64,000 bases of DNA. It comes from an uncultured delta proteobacterium. Its GTDB lineage: Bacteria; Myxococcota_A; Polyangia; Fen-1088. The DNA is taken from NCBI GenBank assembly GCA_963796685.1, contig CAWCMR010000025.1, positions 608,001 to 672,000 of the forward strand, read 5' to 3'. The notes under the pieces are model-generated. The model was not told the DNA's origin. It did not search any database and saw only the letters and a list, made by a program, of their open reading frames with translations. Each line of letters begins with the position of its first letter. The first letter of the stretch is position 1. Shown in pieces: positions 53,820 through 63,479 of the stretch. The translations under genes and the position numbers were made by a program.

Positions 53820-55259
53820 CTAATGGGCAAGCCACCGTTCATCCGAGTTCCATTCCTTGATGCTTGTTGGAGAAGCCATTTGACCTGCGGCCTGATGCTT
53901 GCGCTTCGCAGGTTGGGTCCTTGCAGATGGTGCGGTCTTCGGCCGCTTCGTCGCGGGTAACTCGCCCTCCCCCTCCACCGGCAGCAAGGTATGAGGATCG
54001 TTGGCGGCCTTGCTGGGCATGGCGACCTGTTCCGTTGCCTCCGCCTTCTGCAATGCTACTTCGCGAACTGGCACACTCGGGGGGGCGATTGCAACCGAGC
54101 CGGCTGCAACCCTTCCGGTGTCCGCAATCGGACGGGTCGCGGAATCGCGCTTTGGCCGTAGCATCAGCAGCATTGCAATAGCAAGGATAGCTACGGCACC
54201 TAGCGCAAAAGCCGGCCAACGCCTGTTTCGTGTCACTGCCAGCATTTCCTCTTCAGTCTCGGGAGATTCCCCAACCTCCCCAGTGGCTCTCGAAAGGGTG
54301 GTACTTCTCGATGACATTGCCATCCGATTCAAGCCCGCGTCGAGAGTTGGACCTGTTGCCGAAAGAACCTGTGCCGGAACGCTCGGGCCCGGCGCTGGCG
54401 AGTCCAGGCCCCCGCGCAATGCGGCCACGAAAGATTCCACGCTGTCGAATCGGTCTTCACGGTCCCTTGCAAGACCGCGCATAATTGGGGCCTCGATGCT
54501 CACCGGTACGCGAGGAGCAAACTCACGCAACGATGGGGGCGTCGTGGTGAGGTGCATGAACAGTAGCTCGGTGCCGGACGCCGCCACGTGCGGCGTTCTT
54601 CCCGCCAGCATTTCGTAAAGAATGGTCGCGAAAGAATACACGTCAGAGCGCACATCGACGTCCGCGCTGTCCTTGCACTGCTCCGGCGACATATATGCCG
54701 GGCTGCCGATGATCATTCCGGTGCGCGTCCGAACCGTTCCACCCGTGCCGCCACCGAGGCGAATCTTTGCGATGCCGAAATCCAAAACCTTCACCCGCTC
54801 GCCACTGGGCACCCCTGTATCGGGCACCAGAAACAGGTTTTCTGGTTTCAAATCCCGGTGGACGATACCGGCCGCGTGGGCAGCTACCAAGGCAGAGCCT
54901 GCCTGGTTTGCAATGTCCAGGACTTGTCGCAGAGCGAGTCGACCTCGGTCCGCCAACCGCTTCTGCAACGACACCCCTTCGAGAAACTCCATGAGAATGT
55001 AGGGAGCGCCTTCGGGAGTTCCCCCAGCGTCCAACACTTCGACGATGTTGGGATGACAGATAGCGCTCGCCGCACGCGCTTCGTTGAGAAACCTTCGGAC
55101 CAACTCCGCGTCCTGCGCCAGCGCCGGGTGCAGTACCTTCACGGCGGCTCGACGTTGGATCAATTCGTTTTCGACCAGGTAGACTTCCCCGAAGCCCCCC
55201 TCGCCAATCAGCCGGACCACACGGTAGTTCCCGAAGCGTTGTCCCGCCTGCAGCGTCAT
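53820..55259 (-). CDS. Membrane Ser/Thr protein kinase
   Basis: [24 protein letters not shown] segment, C-terminus KEWNSDERWLAH. Confidence 0.93.
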   Translation of the reverse strand: MTLQAGQRFGNYRVVRLIGEGGFGEVYLVENELIQRRAAVKVLHPALAQDAELVRRFLNEARAASAICHPNIVEVLDAGGTPEGAPYILMEFLEGVSLQKRLADRGRLALRQVLDIANQAGSALVAAHAAGIVHRDLKPENLFLVPDTGVPSGERVKVLDFGIAKIRLGGGTGGTVRTRTGMIIGSPAYMSPEQCKDSADVDVRSDVYSFATILYEMLAGRTPHVAASGTELLFMHLTTTPPSLREFAPRVPVSIEAPIMRGLARDREDRFDSVESFVAALRGGLDSPAPGPSVPAQVLSATGPTLDAGLNRMAMSSRSTTLSRATGEVGESPETEEEMLAVTRNRRWPAFALGAVAILAIAMLLMLRPKRDSATRPIADTGRVAAGSVAIAPPSVPVREVALQKAEATEQVAMPSKAANDPHTLLPVEGEGELPATKRPKTAPSARTQPAKRKHQAAGQMASPTSIKEWNSDERWLAH

Positions 55260-55485
55260 GTGTCAGACCTGGGCATATGGTACGCCGATCTGCGTTGTGG
55301 ACAAGCTAATTGGGTACCTCTTTACCTATTTAGCTGGCAATCGAGCTCCAGCATGATAACGGCACGCCGGCACAATGCGTTGTCGCCTTGGCTCACCCAT
55401 CACTTTCGCGCTCTTGCGGCAGGTTTTGCCGAGTAGAAAATGCCGAGCACGGGCCGCGAAGCTCACGGCTTCGCCATCACCAGTG

Positions 55486-55501
55486 CGGCACAGGGATTGC
55501 T
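55486..55501 (+). promoter_or_regulatory. sigma54 promoter candidate
   Basis: CGGCACAGGGATTGCT matches GGCAC-N5-TTGCT, about 70 bp upstream of ATG 55569. Confidence 0.55.
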
Positions 55502-55568
55502 GGTTTCGAGATGTGAATCATCCACACGGTAGATGCTCTTAACCAGGTGCGCTATTGCGGAGTCACTC

Positions 55569-56180
55569 ATGAACATCAGCACTATCAACAGCACGAATTC
55601 CACGGATATCTCGCCGTTTGTCGTGATGGCGCAGCTCCGTCGGCTGCGGCGGAGCGATCCGATTCGATTCAAGGCGGTCCTCGCGAGCATCTCCAGCGCC
55701 GTATTCTCGGAAGACACAACCCTTCCTCATGCCGCTGAAGCTGTTGGGAAAACTAGCGAAACCGATAGGACGTTTCTGATGGCGACTCGGTCTCGGCGCT
55801 GGCCGGTTGCCACGTTCGGAGGGATGGCGCTGGTCGGTGCTGTAACGCTGATTCTCCTTCGGCCAAACGAGCACGTCGTGGCGCATCTGGTAACGGCTGG
55901 GGGGAACACTGCGGTAGCGCGTACCATCGTTCCGGTTCGAGAGGAAGCGGTCAAGAAGACCGAGCCGAGAGTCGCAGTTGCTGCTAGCAAGACAACGGCC
56001 GGGCCACTGACCGAGTTAGCGCCTTTCGCCGGAACGTTGCCCATCCCAAAGCGGCTATTTCCCACGACCACATCTCAAACAACCGAAGACGCGAAGCGGA
56101 GTCAGCACGGAACACGCCGGACAACCTTGTCGCCAGCCACCAAGGACTGGAGTCCAGAAGAACGATGGCTTGCGCACTAG
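55569..56180 (+). CDS. Kinase-less paralog of the adjacent kinase's TM/periplasmic region
   Basis: RBS GGAG. Collinear similarity to the kinase C-terminal half (TTL...TR.RRWP, TM, LRP, VPVRE, K.W...ERWLAH). Confidence 0.75.
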   Translation: MNISTINSTNSTDISPFVVMAQLRRLRRSDPIRFKAVLASISSAVFSEDTTLPHAAEAVGKTSETDRTFLMATRSRRWPVATFGGMALVGAVTLILLRPNEHVVAHLVTAGGNTAVARTIVPVREEAVKKTEPRVAVAASKTTAGPLTELAPFAGTLPIPKRLFPTTTSQTTEDAKRSQHGTRRTTLSPATKDWSPEERWLAH

Positions 56181-56333
56181 TTCTTCGTTCTTGGAGTCGA
56201 GTGCACCAGTAATCACCTCCGAGCGATTCTGCCAAGCGGTAGTTCAGGCAGCCACGACCTCGGCGATGCCTCCGTGGCTGTTCCATGTCGATGGGGACTC
56301 AAAGTGAGTCATTGGGTGATACCCACGATGACT

Positions 56334-58331
56334 TCAAAATTCGATCTGCGCGCCGATCTCGACCACGCGATTGGGCGGAATGGCGAAAAAGTCGGTGGCC
56401 GATCGGGAGTTGCGCGACAAGAAGCGGAACAGGAACTTGCGCCAGTCCGCCATGCCCTTGCGGCTGTGCTTGATGATCAAGGTCTCGCGCCCAAGGTAGA
56501 AGCTGGTGTCGGCGACATCGGTCTCCAACCCGCGGGCGCGGCACCGGCGCAAAATGTCCGTCACGTCCGGGCTTTCCATGAACCCGTAGTGCGCGGTCAC
56601 CGCCCAGAAGCCCAGCTCGAAACGTTTGAGCCTGATCTTCTGCTGGTCGGGAACCTCGGGGACCGCGTCGGTGGTGACCGAGAGGATGACGACCTGTTTG
56701 TGCAGCACCTTGTTGTGCTTGAAATGGTGCAGAAGCACGCTCGGGGTTCCGCGCCGGGTAGAGGCCAGAAAGACCGCGGTGCCGGACACGCGGTAGGGCT
56801 TTGTTGCCACCACGTCGGCCACGAACACCGACAGGGGCAAGGTGTCGGCCGCGATCTTCTCGCCGAGCAGCGTGCGGCCTCGGTTCCAGGTCACCATCAC
56901 GCTGAACATGCCGCCCGCCAAGGCCAAGGGGACCCAGCCCCCATCGGCGATCTTGACCGAGCAGGCGGCGAAGAAGGACAGGTCGATAGCGAGGAGGAAC
57001 AACAACATGCCGCCCGCGCGCAACACGCTCCATCCCCAGCGATCGCGGGCCACCCAGTACGACAAGATCGACGTGATGGCCATGGTGCCGGTGACGGCGA
57101 TGCCGTAGGCGGAAGCCAGGTTGCTCGACGCGCGGAAATTCAGGACCAGGGCCACGCACACCACCATCAGCATGCGGTTCACCTCGGGTATGTAGATTTG
57201 GCCTTCGGTCTTGCCCGAGGTGTGCACCACCGTGACGCGAGGAAGGTAGCCGAGCTGAACCGCCTGGCGGGTCAGGGAAAAGGCGCCTGAAATGAGGGCC
57301 TGCGACGCCACCACCGTGGCCGCGGTGGCCAGCCCGACCATGGGATAGAGCCACCCCGACGGCACCATGGCGTAGAAGGGATTGCTGACCGCGCCGGGGC
57401 GTTCGAGAAGAAGCGCGCCCTGCCCGAAGTAGTTGAGCAAGAGTGCGGGAAACACGCAGACGTACCAGGCGAGCCTGATGGCGCGCGTGCCGAAGTGTCC
57501 CATGTCCGCGTAGAGGGCCTCGCCCCCGGTGACGCATAGAACCACCGAGCCGAGCACGAGAAATCCGTGCTTGCCGTGGGCGGCGAAGAACCGCACGGCG
57601 TGAATGGGATTGATGGCGCCCAAGATCGCGGGGTGGCGAAGCACCCAGGCCAGGCCCGTGGCACCGATGGCAATGAACCAGCACAGCGTCACCGGGCCGA
57701 ACACACTGCCGATGCCGCCCGTACCCCGTTTCTGTACCCAGAACAGGGCGACCAGAATCACGCAGGTCAAAGGCGCGACCACGGGCGTGAACGCGTGGGT
57801 CGCCACCTCCAGACCTTCCACCGCGGATAACACCGAGATGGCGGGCGTGATGACGCCATCGCCGTACAGCAGCGCGGAGCCGAAAAGCCCGAGCATGATG
57901 AGCACGTATTTCGCGCGCTTGACCTCCTGCCAGCTTGCGCGTTTGGGTCTTTTCCCTTGCTCGCTTCCGGTGAAGTCCCTCGGCTGGCCCACGCGCGCCG
58001 CCAGGGCCATGAGCGCGAGCACGCCGCCCTCGCCGTTGTTGTCGGCGCGCATGACGTAAAGAATGTACTTCACCGAAATGACGAGCGTGATGGACCAGAA
58101 GATCAGGGAGAGCAGACCGAGGATGTTCTCCGCCATGGGCGACACTCCGTGTGGAAGCGTCACGCACTCCTTGAGCGCGTAGAGGGGCGACGTCCCGATG
58201 TCGCCGTACACCACGCCCAGAGCCCCCAGGGCCAGCTTGGCGGTGTCCGAGCTGTGCCTTCTTTCCGTCTTGCCACTGTCCTGCATTTCGGGGGATACGC
58301 CGGCAGGAGTGGTCGCTTTGGCTTCGTTCAT
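56334..58331 (-). CDS. kup: Potassium transporter Kup
   Basis: 'LGVVYGDIGTSPLY', 'DN.GEGG', 'GDGVITPAISVLSAVEG', 'GEALYADMGHFG', 'GQIYIP'. Confidence 0.97.
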   Translation of the reverse strand: MNEAKATTPAGVSPEMQDSGKTERRHSSDTAKLALGALGVVYGDIGTSPLYALKECVTLPHGVSPMAENILGLLSLIFWSITLVISVKYILYVMRADNNGEGGVLALMALAARVGQPRDFTGSEQGKRPKRASWQEVKRAKYVLIMLGLFGSALLYGDGVITPAISVLSAVEGLEVATHAFTPVVAPLTCVILVALFWVQKRGTGGIGSVFGPVTLCWFIAIGATGLAWVLRHPAILGAINPIHAVRFFAAHGKHGFLVLGSVVLCVTGGEALYADMGHFGTRAIRLAWYVCVFPALLLNYFGQGALLLERPGAVSNPFYAMVPSGWLYPMVGLATAATVVASQALISGAFSLTRQAVQLGYLPRVTVVHTSGKTEGQIYIPEVNRMLMVVCVALVLNFRASSNLASAYGIAVTGTMAITSILSYWVARDRWGWSVLRAGGMLLFLLAIDLSFFAACSVKIADGGWVPLALAGGMFSVMVTWNRGRTLLGEKIAADTLPLSVFVADVVATKPYRVSGTAVFLASTRRGTPSVLLHHFKHNKVLHKQVVILSVTTDAVPEVPDQQKIRLKRFELGFWAVTAHYGFMESPDVTDILRRCRARGLETDVADTSFYLGRETLIIKHSRKGMADWRKFLFRFLSRNSRSATDFFAIPPNRVVEIGAQIEF

Positions 58332-58479
58332 TCGGTGGCTCGCCACGCCCACGGGGTGGTCGCGGGAGATTATGCCAAAGAAAGTCTTTCTGCGACGTTT
58401 CCGTCCTATAGCATCGCCGTAGATTCTTCCGGCGGCGGCCCAAGTGCTGCTAACCTATGGACTTCAAAGGAGCCTACCC

Positions 58480-58686
58480 GTGCCTCTGTATGAGTATGTG
58501 TGTCGCAAGTGTTCGCGTCAGTTCGAGGAGCTGATCTTCGGAGACGCCAAGCCGTCTTGCCCGGCCTGCCAATCGAAGGATCTCGAGCGGGTCATGTCGG
58601 TGGTGGCCGTGGGTAAGGGCCAGCCCGACCTGCCACCCGGCCCGTGCGGCTCGTGCAGCCGCCGCGGCGGTTGCGGAATGAACTAG
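58480..58686 (+). CDS. FmdB-family zinc-ribbon protein
   Basis: RBS AAGGAG, 'P.YEY.C..C...FE', 'CP.C.S..L.R..S'. Confidence 0.9.
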   Translation: MPLYEYVCRKCSRQFEELIFGDAKPSCPACQSKDLERVMSVVAVGKGQPDLPPGPCGSCSRRGGCGMN

Positions 58687-58708
58687 CCGGACCAGCCGGA
58701 AGAGCACG

Positions 58709-60553
58709 ATGACCATCACCTCCATGCGCGAGTGCGCCCTCGATCTCGCGCGGGCCGGTCATCTGCTCCGCGTCGAAAGCGAGGTCGACCCGAACCTCGA
58801 AATGGCCGAGATCCACCGTCGCGTCTTCCGTGCGGGCGGACCGGCGCTGTACTTTGCCAAGGTGCGCGGGTGCCGCTTCCCCATGGCGAGCAACCTCTTC
58901 GGCACCATCGAGCGCGCCCGCTTCATCTTTCGCGACTCGCTGGAAAAGGTCCGCCGGCTCATCGAGCTGCGCGTCGATCCATCGGCGTCGTGGAAGCGCC
59001 CGCTGCGCTACACGTCGGTGCCATGGACCTTGCTGCGCACGCGTCCGCGCAAGGTTGCGGGCGGGCCGCTCTTCGCCAACCAAACCTCGGTCAGCGAGCT
59101 GCCGCCGCTCAAGTGCTGGCCCGACGACGGCGGCGCCTTCATCACCCTGCCCGAGGTCTACACCGAGGACCCCAATCACCCCGGACACCGGTTCTCGAAT
59201 CTTGGCATGTACCGGGTGCAGCTTACGGGTGGCAGCTACGAAAAGGATCGCGAGGTCGGGCTGCACTACCAGCTCCATCGCGGCATCGGCATCCACCACG
59301 CCGCCGCGCTCGAACGCGGACAGCCCCTGCCCGTGAACATCTTCGTCGGCGGGCCGCCCGCCCTCGCCATCGCGGCCATGATGCCCTTGCCCGAGGGCAT
59401 GTCCGAGCTGGCCTTCGCCGGTGTCTTGGGGGGACGGCGCGTTCGCCTCACCGAGCAAAAAGGCTGGCCGCTGCCCATCTGTCCCGACGCCGACTTCTGT
59501 ATCCTGGGCGAAGTCCATCCCGGCGAGCTCAAGCCCGAAGGACCCTTCGGCGACCACCTTGGCTACTACAGCCTCAAGCACGATTTCCCGGTGCTGCACG
59601 TCCGCCGCATCTACCATCGCAGCGATGCGGTCTGGCCCTTCACCGTGGTCGGCCGCCCTCCCCAAGAGGACAGCGTCTTCGGCCAGCTCGTGCACGAGCT
59701 GACCGGACCCCTCATCCCGGCGCTGCTTCCAGGCGTGCGCCAAGTCCACGCCGTGGACGCTGCCGGTGTACACCCGCTTCTGCTCGCTATCGGCAGCGAG
59801 CGCTACGTTCCCTTCGCCGAGCGTAGCGAACCGCAAGAGCTGCTCACGCAGGCCAGCGCGCTTCTGGGTCAGGGACAACTTTCACTCGCCAAGTATCTCT
59901 TCATCGTGGCCGAGAACGACGATCCCGCGCTGCGAGCGGCCGAGATCCCGGCGTTCTTCCGCCACCTGCTCGAACGGGTGGACTGGCAGCGCGATCTGCA
60001 TTTTCACACCCGCACCACCATCGACACGCTCGATTATTCGGGCTCGGGGCTGCACCGAGGCTCGAAGGTCGTGGTGGCGGCGGTGGGTGCAAAGCGGCGC
60101 GCACTGCCCACGACGGTACCCGCCGATCTTCACCTGCCGGGTGGCTTTTCAGAGCCGCGGGTCACGCTTCCCGGGGTGCTGGCCGTGCGCGCGCCTACCC
60201 ACGTGACGAGCAGCGACGGAGTCGCGGCGGATCTGGGCGCCTTCTGCGCTGGTTTTGCCGCGACGAACGCCATCAACGCCTTTCCCCTCGTCGTGCTTGT
60301 CGACGACAGCGAATTCGCCGCGCGGACCCTGGACAATTTCCTGTGGGTGACCTTCACCCGCTCGAACCCGGCGCTGGACCTCGACGGCATCGGCGCCTCC
60401 ACCTTGCACAAGCACTGGGGCTGCACGGGCGCGCTGGTCATCGATGCCCGGCAAAAGAGCCATCACGCGCCGCCGCTGATCGAGGATCCTTCCATCAAAG
60501 CCCGCGTCGACGCCCTGTTCGCCGAGGGCGGCCCGCTGGCCGGAATCGAGTAG
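58709..60553 (+). CDS. UbiD-family (prFMN-dependent) decarboxylase, long menaquinone-pathway type
   Basis: 'EVDP.LE..EI', 'DGG.FITLP', 'NLGMYR.Q', 'EGPFGDH.GYYS', 'VGRPPQED', duplicated C-terminal 'VDD' region. Confidence 0.9.
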   Translation: MTITSMRECALDLARAGHLLRVESEVDPNLEMAEIHRRVFRAGGPALYFAKVRGCRFPMASNLFGTIERARFIFRDSLEKVRRLIELRVDPSASWKRPLRYTSVPWTLLRTRPRKVAGGPLFANQTSVSELPPLKCWPDDGGAFITLPEVYTEDPNHPGHRFSNLGMYRVQLTGGSYEKDREVGLHYQLHRGIGIHHAAALERGQPLPVNIFVGGPPALAIAAMMPLPEGMSELAFAGVLGGRRVRLTEQKGWPLPICPDADFCILGEVHPGELKPEGPFGDHLGYYSLKHDFPVLHVRRIYHRSDAVWPFTVVGRPPQEDSVFGQLVHELTGPLIPALLPGVRQVHAVDAAGVHPLLLAIGSERYVPFAERSEPQELLTQASALLGQGQLSLAKYLFIVAENDDPALRAAEIPAFFRHLLERVDWQRDLHFHTRTTIDTLDYSGSGLHRGSKVVVAAVGAKRRALPTTVPADLHLPGGFSEPRVTLPGVLAVRAPTHVTSSDGVAADLGAFCAGFAATNAINAFPLVVLVDDSEFAARTLDNFLWVTFTRSNPALDLDGIGASTLHKHWGCTGALVIDARQKSHHAPPLIEDPSIKARVDALFAEGGPLAGIE

Positions 60554-60558
60554 TCAGG

Positions 60559-61485
60559 TCACTCGGCGTGGCCATCGTTCGGGATTCCGGGAGCTAGATC
60601 GACGGGGCGAGGCAGAGCATCGAGCCCGAAGACCGGCAGGGCGACCTCCGACCGAAGCGGCAAGGCATCGACCTTGATGATGACCGATCCGAGATCCGAG
60701 GTCACGTGGGCGTCGGGCTTGTAGGGAGCGGCGTCCGGGGTTTGCGGAGCGATCGGCCCGGCGTCGAGCTTGCTGGCTGCCGCGCCACCCGCGCCACCGG
60801 CACCAAGGTAGCCGCCCGAGCCGCCCGCCGCGGCATAGCCACCCGACACCCCTCCGCTGCTCGCTTCACCCGTCGAAGAGGAGCAGGCCGTTTGCGGCGG
60901 ACAATTGAACGCGCTCACGCAGGCGTAGAGGTTGAGCAAGCAGGTCGCGCAAGGATCGGACATGGCGTAGTTCATCAGGCAAGCATCCTCGCACGCGGAC
61001 TTGCCCGCGTCGCACGGGCAAGAAAGCATGCACGTGGCATAGGACTGACATTTGCCGCCCGCGGCTTTGGACATCCCGTCGGAGTAGTAGCAGGCGACAA
61101 GATTCGTCGTGCAGTTGTCTTCGACACAGGCCAGGTAGCTGCCCGAAACCGGGCAGGTACCACCGCTGGTCGAGACGCACTGGGTGGTCGCGAGGTCGCG
61201 CGTTCCCCCGGTGACGCGGACGGTTCCGCCGAGGATCGAACCGCCCGCGCCGCCCGAGCCTCCGAAGGAAAGAGTGACGCCGCCACCCGAGCCCCCGTCG
61301 TAGCCGACCTGACCAGACAATCCCTGTCCGCCCTGTCCGCCCTGTCCGCCCTGGCCACCGGTGCCGCCAGATGGCTGCCCGCTCCCCACGCCGCTGTCAT
61401 TCCACACCGACATGAGTGCGCTGGAGTCGCCACAACCGACGACAGCAAGAGATCCGGTCACGAGGAGGTAGGCTAAAGAACGCAT
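60559..61485 (-). CDS. Cys-rich hypothetical lipoprotein
   Basis: Lipobox VVGC, GQG repeats, Cys-rich helical core. Confidence 0.72.
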   Translation of the reverse strand: MRSLAYLLVTGSLAVVGCGDSSALMSVWNDSGVGSGQPSGGTGGQGGQGGQGGQGLSGQVGYDGGSGGGVTLSFGGSGGAGGSILGGTVRVTGGTRDLATTQCVSTSGGTCPVSGSYLACVEDNCTTNLVACYYSDGMSKAAGGKCQSYATCMLSCPCDAGKSACEDACLMNYAMSDPCATCLLNLYACVSAFNCPPQTACSSSTGEASSGGVSGGYAAAGGSGGYLGAGGAGGAAASKLDAGPIAPQTPDAAPYKPDAHVTSDLGSVIIKVDALPLRSEVALPVFGLDALPRPVDLAPGIPNDGHAE

Positions 61486-61614
61486 GATTCACCTTGGGCG
61501 AGAGGGCCTGCGCTTCGAGTGTGAGCACCGCGGGCGATTCTGTCAAACCGCGCACGGCCCGGGCGTCAACGCGCTGTGATGGCGATCCCATGCCAGCCCG
61601 CGGATTGCCCGTGC

Positions 61615-63312
61615 TCACGGCACCGTTGACTGTTGCGAAACCTGCGTGCCGGCGTGCAAGCCGGGCGCGGGGTCGACAATGATGTGGTCGCCCGCATCCA
61701 GGCCCTGAACCACGACGGCCTCCGCGGCGTCGCGCTCCGCAATGGTCACGGGGCGCGGCTCGACGCGCGATTGAGCCGAGACCAGGAGAAGCTCATCCCT
61801 GCTCCCGGTGCCCACGATCGCCGTCAAGGGGACCACGTACGCGCCCTCGAATCGGGCGCGGGCCAGGCGCGCCGCCTTGCCAACCAGCGAGTGGGGAAGC
61901 GAGGCGATCTCCACACTGAGGTGGGTCGCGTCGCCAGCGTCTTGGATGCGCGAGCAGTCGAAAATATAGCCGCCCGATTCGACCTGGCAGAACCCGAGCT
62001 TGCGCGCCTGCGTTGCCTGCTGGCGCGAGAGCTCGAAGGTGGCGCGAAACCCCACGGAGCGCAGGCGCAAGGCCGGGCTGCCCGCCTCGACGGTGTCCCC
62101 CTCGCGCGCGAAGGTCTCGTCCACCACGCCCGAGGCGTCCATGACCACTGCCACGCCGGCCAAGGCCTGCAAGGTCTTGGCGATGCTGGCGCTGCGGATC
62201 TCGGCCTTGGCAGCTTGCTGCTCTTCTTCCTTGGAGTTGCCGACCTGGTGCATGGCCTCGGCCATCTGCTGGTAGTAGGCCAGGCGTTCGCGCTGGCGTG
62301 CAAGTTGGTCCTGCAAGGGCTTGGCGCTGGCCACGGCCGCCGCCACGTCGCCGGTGGCGAGGGTGCTGCCCACGCTCGCCATGCGGGTGACCTTGCCCGC
62401 GGCCGGGAACTTCAGGGTCAACCCGGGCACGGACTCGACGACGCCCGCGCCGTCGAAGTAACGCAGAACGGTCGAAGGCGCCGCGGTCAACGTTCGCACC
62501 CTGGGCCGCGGTGGCTCCGGTCGGGAGAAGAGAAACGGCAGGACCAGGGCAAGAATAGCCGCCGCGGCGAGAACGCCGAGGGAGCCAAAGAGTATCAGCG
62601 AACGGCGCAACCGTTTGCGCGTTGACGGTCGCTCGACAATAGGTCCGAAGGTGACCGGCACGGGCGTCATCAGCGGCCTCGGTGTCGCCCACGGCGGTGG
62701 GGCACTCGGCGGCGACGCCTCGGGCACCGGCACCCACAAGACGGGCGCAGGCAGCACGGGAAAGGCGGTCGAGTCCGCTGCGACGGTCGGGGGCGAACCG
62801 GTTTCCGACGCGGCGCCGTCCTCGAGCTTCGTGGCCGCGACCGCGATGATTTCCCCCGCCTCGCCGGCGGCGGGTAGCGGGCTCGGCTCGGAGGGCGACA
62901 CGCCCGGCTCGACGGGTGGCGCCGCGAAAACATCGTCGCCTCCCGCGCTTGGCTGCGCCAGCGCCTCGCCGGTCTCGGGCGACGCGGGCGGCCCCGCGAG
63001 CTCGACGACTTCACCTTCTTCGAGAGCCGCTACCTCTTCGATGGCTCCTTCGAGAAACCCCAGCTCTTCCAGGCGCGCTGCGAAGGCCTGCAGCTGCTCC
63101 ACGCTCAGCTCCAGCCCGGTCGAGAGCCTCACCCAAGGGACCACCTTGTCGAGGGCCAGGCCATCGAAGGCAAGCGCCACGCGGTACTCGAAATCGTAGA
63201 AAACGAAGGTTCCACCCGTGCGAGGATCGCGAACCTCGACGTAGCGCTCGCCATCCGCCTCCAAGGGAACGGCTTCGAGATCGTGGCGAAAGCTCGGTCT
63301 TTCCAGGGACAT
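61615..63312 (-). CDS. Membrane-fusion (HlyD/RND adaptor-like) protein with N-terminal PqqD/winged-helix-like domain
   Basis: N-terminus 'R.DL......V.DP.TG..F...L..LGFLE', acidic Pro linker, TM, lipoyl half-motifs 'G.V......G' flanking a coiled coil, 'VP..A', 'V..GL..GD.I'. Confidence 0.7.
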   Translation of the reverse strand: MSLERPSFRHDLEAVPLEADGERYVEVRDPRTGGTFVFYDFEYRVALAFDGLALDKVVPWVRLSTGLELSVEQLQAFAARLEELGFLEGAIEEVAALEEGEVVELAGPPASPETGEALAQPSAGGDDVFAAPPVEPGVSPSEPSPLPAAGEAGEIIAVAATKLEDGAASETGSPPTVAADSTAFPVLPAPVLWVPVPEASPPSAPPPWATPRPLMTPVPVTFGPIVERPSTRKRLRRSLILFGSLGVLAAAAILALVLPFLFSRPEPPRPRVRTLTAAPSTVLRYFDGAGVVESVPGLTLKFPAAGKVTRMASVGSTLATGDVAAAVASAKPLQDQLARQRERLAYYQQMAEAMHQVGNSKEEEQQAAKAEIRSASIAKTLQALAGVAVVMDASGVVDETFAREGDTVEAGSPALRLRSVGFRATFELSRQQATQARKLGFCQVESGGYIFDCSRIQDAGDATHLSVEIASLPHSLVGKAARLARARFEGAYVVPLTAIVGTGSRDELLLVSAQSRVEPRPVTIAERDAAEAVVVQGLDAGDHIIVDPAPGLHAGTQVSQQSTVP

Positions 63313-63479
63313 GGTCAGATCATCACCAGGCCCACAGACTATCGCCAAACTCGATTGACCGCGAGCTAACCGATGTCTAGTTGACGGCATCCATAAACAT
63401 GGATAAATGAGTCGCGTTCGACCCGGCGTAGGGTCTCCGCCAGTCGGCGGAGGTTCCGCGCCGTAAAGAAAGGTGCACC

